A DNA stretch of 64,000 nt from Ilumatobacteraceae bacterium (lineage in GTDB: Bacteria; Actinomycetota; Acidimicrobiia; Acidimicrobiales; Ilumatobacteraceae). Within the stretch, counting starts at the first letter, position 1. The number at the start of each line of letters is the position of its first letter. Below are positions 53,047 to 62,126 of this stretch, piece after piece. The translations under genes were made by a program, and so were the position numbers. The notes beneath the pieces are model-generated. The model was given only the letters and a program-made list of their open reading frames with translations. It made no database searches and was not told where the DNA came from. The DNA lies in NCBI GenBank assembly GCA_963746365.1, contig CAVVBH010000031.1, positions 98,245-162,244 on the forward strand, written 5' to 3'.

Positions 53047-53141
53047 TGTGGAGTGTCTGGGTGCACCCTGGTGGGCGCCAAACACTCCACGCCGACCTGT
53101 GGAGTGTCTGGGTGCACCCTGGTGGGCGCCAAACACTCCAC
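53047..53141. repeat. tandem direct repeat (2 x 44 nt, 7-nt spacer) of a third nested-palindrome element
   Basis: Identical units at 53047-53090 and 53098-53141: tgtggagtgtctgggtgcaccctggtgggcgccaaacactccac. Outer stem GTGGAGTGT/ACACTCCAC, inner palindrome GGGTGCACCC. Between convergent gene ends (53040 and 53145). Confidence 0.9.
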
Positions 53142-53144
53142 TTG

Positions 53145-54172
53145 CTAGGCCCAGTCGAGGATGACCTTGCCGCACTCGCCGCCTTCGACGATCGCGAAGG
53201 CTTCCTCGAACCGATCGGCCGGCAGCTCGTGGGTGATGATGCCGCTGACGTCGAGGCCGCTCTGCAGCATCGCGGCCATCTTGTACCACGTCTCGAAGAT
53301 CCGGCGTCCGTAGATCCCCTGGATCTCGAGACCCTTGAAGATCACGTCGTTGATGTCGAGGGTCATCGGGCCGGCCGGGATGCCGAGCACGGCGATCCGG
53401 CCGCCGTGGTTCATCGCGTCGAGCATCTGGTTGAACGCCGACTTCGGCGCCCGACATCTCCAGCCCGACATCGAATCCTTCGGTCATCCCGAGCTCGGTC
53501 ATCACCGGGCCGAGCTGCTCGGTGCGCACGTCGACGACGCGGCTGGCGCCGTGCTTGGCCGCCATGTCGAGGCGGTAGTGGTTGATGTCGGTGACGACCA
53601 CGTTGCGAGCGCCGATGTGGCGCACGATCGCCGTGGCCAGGATGCCGATCGGCCCGGCGCCGGTGATCAGCACGTCCTCGCCGACGACGTCGAATCGCAA
53701 TGCGGTGTGGGTGGCGTTGCCCAGCGGATCGAGCACGGCGGCGACGTTGTCGTCGATGTGCGCGGGGACGACGAAGACGTTCTGTGCGGGGATCACGACG
53801 TACTCGGCGAACGCGCCCGGCCGGGTGACACCGACGCCGGTGTGGTTGTGGCAGAACTCGCGGCGGCCACCTTTGCAGTTGCGACAGTGTCCGCAGGTGA
53901 TGTGGCCTTCGCCGGCCACCCGTTGGCCGACTTCGAGGCCGACCACATCGGCGCCGACCTGTTCGATCTCGCCCATGAACTCGTGGCCGACGACCATCGG
54001 AACGGGGATCGTCGACTGCGCCCAGGCATCCCAGTGATGGATGTGCAGATCGGTGCCGCAGATCGATGTCTTGCGAACCCGGATCAAGCACATCACGATC
54101 GCCGGGGGCGGGCTTTGGGACGTCTTCGAGCCACAGGCCGGGTTCGGGTCTCGCCTTGACCAAGGCCTTCAC
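53145..54172 (-). pseudogene. tdh: L-threonine 3-dehydrogenase, two frame breaks near 54085 and 53450
   Basis: (V)[27 protein letters not shown] | [49 protein letters not shown] | [33 protein letters not shown]. The three pieces lie in three minus-strand frames (ORFs 53411.., 52885.., 53145..). Confidence 0.85.
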
Positions 54173-55351
54173 GAGACCACGCTCCATTGCCTTGCCGACA
54201 CGCACGAACGCCGCGATCGCCTGGTCGATGTCAGTCGTCGCTGTGCGCTGCCGACATCTGCGTGCGGATGCGGGCCTTGCCCTGCGGCACCACGGGAAAC
54301 GAGAACGCAATCACATAGATCCCTTCGTCGAGCAGGCGCTCCGCCATCTCCGATGCGACGCGAGCATCGCCCAGCATCACAGGGATGATGGGATGCCCGG
54401 CACCGGCGAGCGTGAAGCCTGCCTGTTCGAGACCGGCGCGGAAGCGCTGCGGCGTTGCGCTCGACCCGATGTCGTAGCTCGTCGCCCGCCTCCAGCAGGT
54501 CGAGCACGTGAATGGTCGCCGAGGCGATGACCGGGGCCAGGCTGTTGGAGAACAGGTATGGCCGCGACCGTTGACGCAACCAGTCGATGACCTCGCGACG
54601 GCCCGCCGTGTAACCACCGGAGGCACCGCCCAGGGCCTTGCCGAGTGTGCCGGTGATGATGTCGACACGCTCCATCACGCCGGCGAACTCGGGTGTGCCC
54701 CGCCCGTGTTCGCCGACGATCCCGACGGCGTGCGAGTCGTCGACCATCACCATCGCGTCGTACCGCTCGGCGAGGTCGCAGATCGCCGGCAGGTTGGCGA
54801 GCACACCGTCCATCGAGAACACACCGTCGGTTGCGATCAGCCGGTAGCGGGCATCGCTGCTCTCCTGCAGGCGCTGCTCCAACTGATCCATGTCGTTGTT
54901 GTCGTAGCGCAACCGCCGGGCCCGGCACAGGCGGATGCCGTCGATGATCGACGCGTGGTTGAGCGCGTCGGAGATGACAGCGTCCTGCTCGTCGAGGATG
55001 GTCTCGAACAGGCCGCCGTTGGCGTCGAAGCACGACGAGTACAGGATCGTGTCGTCGGTGCCGAGGAACGCCGAGATCCGTGCCTCCAACTCCTTGTGCA
55101 CGGTCTGCGTGCCGCAGATGAATCGTACCGACGCCATGCCGTAGCCGTATCGGTCGAGCGCTGCGTGGGCTGCATCGACGATGTCGCGGTTGTCGGCCAG
55201 GCCGAGGTAGTTGTTGGCGCAGAGATTGAGACCGACGATCCGTCGGCCAAATCGATGTGAGCCGACTGAGTCGAGCCGATGACCCGCTCGGTCTTGAACA
55301 GTCCTTCGCCGACCAGAGCCGCAGTCCGCTGCTGGAGGTCGGCGAGCAAGG
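54173..55351 (-). pseudogene. kbl: 2-amino-3-ketobutyrate CoA ligase (glycine C-acetyltransferase), three frame breaks near 55240, 54454 and 54237; no clean stop before tdh
   Basis: [28 protein letters not shown].. | ..[46 protein letters not shown] (PLP Lys) | ..[35 protein letters not shown] as sequenced. Removing one t restores ..[21 protein letters not shown], which runs in frame into tdh. The lower coordinate is therefore nominal. Confidence 0.8.
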
Positions 55352-55353
55352 GG

Positions 55354-56262
55354 CTACGCATGTTCACGTCGCAGCACAGGCAACACCTCGGTTGCGATCC
55401 GTTCGAAAGCAGGCAGCTGAGCATCGACACCCGGGTAGTACATCGAGATCTCGGTGATCCCAAGATCGGTGATTCGACGCACCATGTCGACGAAGACGTC
55501 GTCGGACTCGTAGTAGCAGATCGCACCTCCGCTGGCTCGCGCCTTCGGATCGAACATCGTGTACGAACGGCGCAGCGACGCCGGATCGCGCCCGACCTCG
55601 GCGCACAGCTCGTCGACCGTCATGCAACGGTCGCTCAACTCCGCGAGCTGCTCCTCGAAATCGGCGGCGAAGCTCAAGCTGTTCCAGATGTCCGCGTGAT
55701 CGACGGCGTGGCGCAACATCTGCGGACCGAGTGCGGCGACCATGATCGGCAATCGTGGCAGCTGCACCGACCCAGGATTCATCACCGCTCCGTTGGCCTG
55801 GTAATAGGTGCCGTGGTAGATGGTGACGCCCTCGGCAAGGAGCTGGTCGACCAGCTCGAGGTATTCGGCGAATCGAGCCACACGTTCGCCGGTGCTCCAG
55901 TTGGGCACCCCGATCATGTCGTACGACGGGTCGATGGTCAGACCCGTACCGATCCCCAACTCCAGTCGGCCACCCGAGATCTGATCGACCGTGACGGCCT
56001 GGTGGGCGAGCACAGCCGGGTTGCGCAAGGCGATCTGGGTGACGCAGGTTGTGAGCCTGATCGTCGAGGTTCGCGCCGCGATCGCGGCGATGCTCGTCCA
56101 CGCTTCGTGCCACGTTCCTGACGGGTTGCCCCAGTTGCAAAAGTGGTCGGGAACAGCGGCGACGTCGAGCCCGAGCGCTTCGAGACGCAGGAACCGGTCG
56201 AGGTACTCCGGCCACGGTACGTTGGGGATGACCAGCACCTGGAACCGCAAGTCGTGGCTCAT
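55354..56262 (-). CDS. LLM-class (luciferase-like) F420-dependent oxidoreductase
   Basis: 302 aa, TIM-barrel LLM motifs (..VPDHF.., ISGGRLELGIGTG). The stop is 2 nt from the kbl start, so it is probably co-transcribed with kbl-tdh. Confidence 0.78.
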   Translation of the reverse strand: MSHDLRFQVLVIPNVPWPEYLDRFLRLEALGLDVAAVPDHFCNWGNPSGTWHEAWTSIAAIAARTSTIRLTTCVTQIALRNPAVLAHQAVTVDQISGGRLELGIGTGLTIDPSYDMIGVPNWSTGERVARFAEYLELVDQLLAEGVTIYHGTYYQANGAVMNPGSVQLPRLPIMVAALGPQMLRHAVDHADIWNSLSFAADFEEQLAELSDRCMTVDELCAEVGRDPASLRRSYTMFDPKARASGGAICYYESDDVFVDMVRRITDLGITEISMYYPGVDAQLPAFERIATEVLPVLRREHA

Positions 56263-56334
56263 GGGCGGATGCTACTTCGCCGCACCAGCTCGTCATCTTG
56301 GCGTCATCATCGATCATGTAGCGTGCTTGGACCA

Positions 56335-57780
56335 ATGGCCGACCTGCGCACGCTCCCTCTCCTGTGGGACGAACTGGTCGACGCCCATGGCAATCCCCGC
56401 CCTGCCGCGGCGGCTCTGGTCGAGCGCTTGCGGTCGCTCGAGATCGAGGAACTGCAACAGCGGCAAGGTCTCGCGGAGGTCGACATCCTGGCGCTCGGCA
56501 TCACGTTCACCGTGTACCACGACGGCCAGGGCACGGATCGCGCCTGGCCGATGGACATCGTGCCGCGCGTGATCGGATCGACGGAGTGGGCCCGGATCGA
56601 GCTGGGGTTGAAGCAGCGCTTGAGCGCTCTCAACCGTTTCATCGACGACGTGTACCACGATCGCCGCATCGTTGCCGATGGTGTCTTCCCCGAGGAACTG
56701 CTGCACGATTCGGTCAACCTGCGCACCGAGTGCGTGGGCATCTCGCCGAAGTTCGGCGTGTGGGCGCACATCTGCGGCAGCGATCTGGTCCGCGACGCCG
56801 ATGGCGTGGTCTACGTGCTCGAAGACAACCTCCGTGTGCCGTCCGGCGCCAGCTACCTGTTGCAGAACCGCGCCATTTCGAAGCGGGCGTTCGCCGACCT
56901 GTTCGAGCGTCAGTCGATCCTGCCGGTCGACGACTACACCGATCAGCTCCGCCGCCTGCTGGTCTCGCTGGCAGCCGACGAACTGCAGGGTGTGCGTCAT
57001 CCGCAGGTGGTCGTGCTGACGCCGGGCGTCTACAACAGTGCCTACTTCGAGCACGCCTTCCTCGCCCAGCAGATGGGCGTTCCGCTGGTGGAAGGGGCGG
57101 ACCTGTTCGTCGATCCGAGCAACCGCGTGTGGATGCGCACGATCGATGGGCCGAAGCCGGTCGATGTCATCTATCGGCGAATCGATGATCAGTTCCTCGA
57201 TCCGGAGGTGTTCCGCAAGGAGTCGCAGCTCGGCGTCGCTGGTCTCATGCGTGCGTGGAGTGCCGGCAACGTGGCCATCGCGAATGCGCCCGGCGCGGGC
57301 GTCGCCGACGACAAGGTGGTCTACGCGTGGGCTCCAGACTTCATCCGCTACTACCTCGATGAAGAGCCGCTGCTGCCCAACGTTCCGACGTATCGCTGTT
57401 TGTACGGCGACGAGTTGGAGTACGTGATCGCTCACGCTTCCGAACTGGTGCTGAAGCCCGCGAACGAGAGCGGCGGCTACGGGCTCACCATCGGCAGTGC
57501 GGCGACCGCTGCAGAACTGGAACTGGCGCTCGACGCGATCAGGGCAGATCCGCGCAACTGGGTGGCGCAGCCGATCCTCAAGCTGTCGACTGCGCCAACG
57601 CTGTGTGCCGGCGAGCTGGCACCCCGGCACGTCGACCTGCGTCCGTTCGTGCTGTCGGGCCGCGATACCTACGTGACGATGGGCGGTCTCACTCGGGTGG
57701 CGCTCGTCGATGGTTCACTCGTCGTCAACTCGTCGCAGGGTGGTGGCTCGAAGGACACCTGGGTCGTCGAGGATCCGTGA
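56335..57780 (+). CDS. circularly permuted type-2 ATP-grasp protein (COG2308-type)
   Basis: 481 aa. ..GITFTVY..DRAWPMDIVPRVI..EW..IE.GL.QR..ALN.F..D.Y.., ..VLKP.NESGGYG.., ..SSQGGGSKDTWV matches my memory of the DUF404/DUF407 family. ATG at 56335 inside ORF 56143... Confidence 0.8.
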   Translation: MADLRTLPLLWDELVDAHGNPRPAAAALVERLRSLEIEELQQRQGLAEVDILALGITFTVYHDGQGTDRAWPMDIVPRVIGSTEWARIELGLKQRLSALNRFIDDVYHDRRIVADGVFPEELLHDSVNLRTECVGISPKFGVWAHICGSDLVRDADGVVYVLEDNLRVPSGASYLLQNRAISKRAFADLFERQSILPVDDYTDQLRRLLVSLAADELQGVRHPQVVVLTPGVYNSAYFEHAFLAQQMGVPLVEGADLFVDPSNRVWMRTIDGPKPVDVIYRRIDDQFLDPEVFRKESQLGVAGLMRAWSAGNVAIANAPGAGVADDKVVYAWAPDFIRYYLDEEPLLPNVPTYRCLYGDELEYVIAHASELVLKPANESGGYGLTIGSAATAAELELALDAIRADPRNWVAQPILKLSTAPTLCAGELAPRHVDLRPFVLSGRDTYVTMGGLTRVALVDGSLVVNSSQGGGSKDTWVVEDP

Positions 57781-58727
57781 TGCTGCTGTCGCGAGTGGCC
57801 GAACGGTTGTATTGGGCGGCCCGATACCTCGAACGTGCGGAGGGAACGGCACGCATCGTGCGTGAGCACTCCAACGTCATCGTCGATCTGCCGCTGACGA
57901 TCCCTCCCAACTGGGATCATCTGCTCGGGATCACCGGCGGTCGCGAGGGCTTCGACAAACGGTACGACGCCGGTGACGAAGTCTCCATCGTGTCGTTCCT
58001 CGTTGCCGACCCGTTGAATCCCGGCAGTGTCTACTCCAGCATCGGCCACGCTCGCGAGAACCTCCGTACGTGCCGCGACATCCTGCCCGCACAGGCGTGG
58101 AACGCCGTCAACGATCTGTACCTCGCCTCGGTACGCGGTGCCGCCGATGGCATCCAACGCCGCCACCGGGCGCGGTTCTTGGAGAAGGTGATCGCGGAGC
58201 ACCAACGGCTGCTCGGAATCCTGACGACCACGATGAGCCGCGACGAGGCGTACACCATGTTGCGCCTCGGTCGCCACATCGAACGATGCGACATGGTGAC
58301 CCGAGTGCTCGACGTTCGTGCCGGACTGTTGCTGGGCGAACGGCCGGAGCGTGCCGAGCTGTACGACGACCTGCAGTGGTCGAGCGTGCTGCGTTCGCTG
58401 TCGGCGCTGCAGATGTACAACCGTCGATCGGCGAAAGGTGCCGGCGCGGCCGAGGTGATCCGGTTCATTCTCGGTGAGGGCACCTTCCCGCGATCTGTCG
58501 CGTACTGTCTGGCGGGAGTGCAGTCGAGTGCCAGGGAGCTACCTCTCAGCGAATCGGTGCTGGCCGCGTGCAGGGCAGCGCTGGTCGAGCTGTCGTCGTC
58601 GGACCCCAACGTGCTGCTCGACGCCGGCGAACTGCACCACAAGGCCGACCGTCTACAGATCGCCATCGCCGCGATCAGCGACCGCATCGCTGGTGCCTAC
58701 TTCGGCCACACGGCTTGGCCGGCTTGA
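57780..58727 (+). CDS. alpha-E domain protein (COG2307-type)
   Basis: MLLSRVAERLYWAARYLERAEGTARIV.. and ..LRLGRHIERCDMVTRVLD.. are the two hallmark helical repeats. The start overlaps the preceding stop (TGATG). Confidence 0.8.
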   Translation: MLLSRVAERLYWAARYLERAEGTARIVREHSNVIVDLPLTIPPNWDHLLGITGGREGFDKRYDAGDEVSIVSFLVADPLNPGSVYSSIGHARENLRTCRDILPAQAWNAVNDLYLASVRGAADGIQRRHRARFLEKVIAEHQRLLGILTTTMSRDEAYTMLRLGRHIERCDMVTRVLDVRAGLLLGERPERAELYDDLQWSSVLRSLSALQMYNRRSAKGAGAAEVIRFILGEGTFPRSVAYCLAGVQSSARELPLSESVLAACRAALVELSSSDPNVLLDAGELHHKADRLQIAIAAISDRIAGAYFGHTAWPA

Positions 58728-58731
58728 ACTG

Positions 58732-61223
58732 ATGGGCGTCGACACCTCGGCCTCCGGCATCCCCGCCTCGTACGCGCGCACCGTCGGGCGGTTCGACGAG
58801 CTCTTCGACGAGTCCGGAGCCGTTCGGCCGCACTGGGAGCCGATGATCAAGACGTGGTCGACGCTCGGCGCAGGCGAGATCGTGCGACGGCAGCGAGTCG
58901 CCGAGCGGCTGTTGGTCGCGGAGGGTGCCGGCCACGTGTTCCACGACGACAGCGAGATCGGCATGTCATGGGGCCTCGACCCGGTGCCGTACGTGATCGG
59001 CGCGTCGGAATGGCGCGACATCGAGCGTGGGTTGGGCCAACGAACGCGTGTGCTCGATGCCGTGCTCGATGACCTGTACGGGCCGCGCCGGCTGCTGCTC
59101 GACGGCGTCATCCCCACCGCCGCCGTGATGGGGTCTCGGGCGTACCAGTTGGCCGCGGTCGGCGTCGCCACGCCGCGACCGCGGCTGACGTTGTACGCCG
59201 CCGATCTCGTCCGTGATGGCGCCGGACAATGGCTGTTGCTGCGCGATCACACCGACGCCCCGACCGGATGTGGCTACGCGCTGATGAACCGCACAGTGCT
59301 GTCGCGCCTCTATCCCGAGCCATTCCGGCATCTTGGAGTCAGTCCCTTGTCGGGTTGGTTCGCCGATCTTCGCTCTGCCCTGTCGTCTGTTGCGCCGTCG
59401 ACCGTCACCGGTCCTCGTACCATCCTCCTCGGACCGAAGCCGCAGCGTCCTGGATTCGTCGAGGCGTCGTATCTCGCCACCCACCTCGGCTACCACCTGG
59501 CCAGCAGCGGTGACCTCATCACGCGCGGCGGCCGCGTCTGGTTGCGAACGCTCGGCGGTCTCGAGCAGATCGACGTCGTCTTCCGCCGCCTCGCCGACAC
59601 AGGGTCGGACCCGCTCGAGCTCCGTCCATCCGGGCTCGGCGGCGTGACCGGCCTGCTGCAGGCGGTGCGCGAAGGCAATGTGGGAGTAGCCAACGCTCTC
59701 GGAAGCGGGGTGGCAGATCGACTGTGGTTGCAGCCCTTCCTGGCCGACGCAGCCCGTCACCTGCTCGGCGAGACGCTGGAGTTGGCCTCGATCGACACGT
59801 GGTGGGTGGGTGATCGCGACACGCTCGCCGCGGTGAAGGCCGACCCGGACACATACGTGTTCCACGACACGGATCCGGTGTCTCCCGCCGCGTCGGTGAT
59901 CGCGGCACACCTGTCGGATTCCGAGGCCGACGGATTGGCTCGATCGAATGACGGCTGCGCCCCATCGATACGTGGTGCAACCGAAGATCGAGTTTGCCAG
60001 CACACCGGTGGCTGTCGATGGCGAGTTGCGGAGTGGCACCGCGAGCATCCGTGTGCAGACCGTTCGCATCGGCGACGAGGCCATCGTGTTGCCGGGTGGG
60101 CACGGTCGCCACGTTGCGCCCGGACAACTGGTGATCAACTCATCGGATGCATTCGGCAAGGACGTGTGGGTGCTCACCAATCCCTCGGCGCCACGGGCGG
60201 CAACGAGTTCGTCGGCCATCGCTCGACGCGCTCGGCTACCTCAGATCGACCTGCGCGACTCGTTGCCGACGCGTTCCGCAGAGGCGTTGTTCTGGCTCGG
60301 CCGCAACGCGGAGCGAGCCGAAGCTGCAACGCGGACCACGCGGCTGATCATCGCCCGCACCGGTGACGATCCTGCGCTGTTGGCGTCGCCGTGGCTCGAT
60401 CACGCCATCGCTGCGCTGCGAGCGGTCAGCGGCGGTCGACCGGCCGAGCGCGAATCCCACGACGGCGCCCGACGGGCAGGAGGCCTTGGCTGTCGAGATC
60501 GCAGCTGCGCTCGACGACCGTTCAGGTGCCGTCGCGAACAGCTTGCGTCACCTCGCGGCGAATGCGGGCGGCGTTCGGGAGTTCCTGTCGACGGCGACGT
60601 GGCGTGTGCTCAACGGTCTCGACTCCGAGCGTGCCGAACTGTCGGCCACCAGCGATCACAGCGACCCGTTCCTCGTCACGGAATGCCTCGACCGGATCAT
60701 GGTCGACCTCGCTGCGCTTGCGGGCCTCGTGATGGAGAGCATGGTGCGCGGCCCGGGATGGCGGTTCCTCGATCTCGGCCGCCGGCTCGAGCGCGCCGTG
60801 CTGCTGCTCGGCGTGATCGAGGCGACGCTCAGCCAGCCTCCCGCAGACGATGTCGCCCAGCCGGTGTACGACCTCGTGCTCGGAGCCAGCGAGAGCCTGG
60901 TTGCGTACCGGCGCCGCTACCGCAGCGATGTTCGCCTTGCGGCCATCGAGGACCTGCTCGTGCACGACGACAGCAACCCACGATCGCTCGTGTTCCAACT
61001 CGATCGCATCAACGAGCATCTGGCCGCTCTGCCATGGAACCCCGACGCGTCGAAGCATCGGCGTTTCCTCGATGCGGCAGCCCGCGGCCGCCTCGGGGAG
61101 GGCCCCGACTCGCTGTCGAAGCTGGTGCTCAGCGTGCGTGGCCCGCTGCTCGAGCTGATCCGAGAGCTGATGCTGGCGTGGTTCACGCACCCGGCGCGCC
61201 GCGGCCTCGGTGGGATCAGCTGA
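58732..61223 (+). pseudogene. fusion of a second circularly permuted ATP-grasp module and a second alpha-E module (about 830 aa), two frame breaks near 59930-59950 and 60467
   Basis: N-terminal ..RPHWEPMIKTW..SWGLDPVPYVIGASEWRDIERGLGQRTRVLDAVLDDLYG.. is in the frame of ORF 58474... The middle ..HRYVVQPKIEFASTP..AEALFWLGRNAERAEAATR.. is in the frame of ORF 59948... The C-terminal ..GWRFLDLGRRLERAVLL..LAWFTHP..* is in the frame of ORF 60363..61223. Confidence 0.75.
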
Positions 61224-62098
61224 TGAAGTACCGGGTCAGCCATACCACCGAGTATCGCTACAGCGCGCAGGTGATCAACGGCCACACGGTGGCTCACCTG
61301 CGCCCTCGCCAGACGCCGACGCAGACGGTGCTCGCGTCGGAGGTGACGACCTCGCCCGCAGCGGACCACACCGACGAGTACCTCGATGCCTTTGGGAACC
61401 ACGTGTCGTATCGCGCTGTCGAGCAGGTGCACGATCAACTCGTCGTGACTGGCCTCTACGAGGTCGACATCTCGACGCCCGCGGGGCTCGTCTGGTCGCC
61501 GCCATGGGAGGAGTTGCGCACGCTGGTGGCCACCGACGGCAGCGCCGACGGCCTGCTGGCGCGAATGTGTTCGATCGAGTCGACGTTCGTGAAGCCGTCG
61601 GCCGATCTGGCCAGGTTCGCCTCGTGGTCGTTCCTGCCCGGCCGGGCGTTTCACGAAGCGGTCATCGACCTGTCGCACCGCATCTTCACCGAGTTTGCGT
61701 TCGACCCGGCGTTCAGCGATGTCAGCACACCACTGGCCGATGTGCTGACCCACCGCCGCGGCGTCTGTCAGGACTTCGCCCACCTCGCAATCGGCACGAT
61801 GCGCTCGCTCGGCCTGCCGGCGAGGTACGTCAGCGGTTACATCGAGAATCGTCCGCCACCAGGTGTGGTGAAGCTGGCGGGGGCCGACGCATCGCACGCA
61901 TGGTGCTCGGTCTACATACCCGGATGGGGTTGGCTGGACGTCGACCCGACCAACGACCAGGCGCCACCGATGAGCCACGTCACCGTGGGCTGGGGACGTG
62001 ACTATGCCGACGTCGCACCGGTGCGCGGCGTGGTGTTCGGCTCGCCGGCGACGCAGGAGCTGTCGGTCGCGGTCGAAGTCACTCGCATCGGCGACTGA
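61223..62098 (+). CDS. transglutaminase-fold protein with bacterial transglutaminase N-terminal domain
   Basis: MKYRVSHTTEYRYS.. (Bact_transglu_N type), catalytic Cys in RRGVCQDFAH, His in SHAWCSVY, Asp in LDVDPTND. The start overlaps the preceding stop (TGATG). Confidence 0.82.
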   Translation: MKYRVSHTTEYRYSAQVINGHTVAHLRPRQTPTQTVLASEVTTSPAADHTDEYLDAFGNHVSYRAVEQVHDQLVVTGLYEVDISTPAGLVWSPPWEELRTLVATDGSADGLLARMCSIESTFVKPSADLARFASWSFLPGRAFHEAVIDLSHRIFTEFAFDPAFSDVSTPLADVLTHRRGVCQDFAHLAIGTMRSLGLPARYVSGYIENRPPPGVVKLAGADASHAWCSVYIPGWGWLDVDPTNDQAPPMSHVTVGWGRDYADVAPVRGVVFGSPATQELSVAVEVTRIGD

Positions 62099-62126
62099 TC
62101 CGTCGCCCGACCGTTACGCTCGCGAT

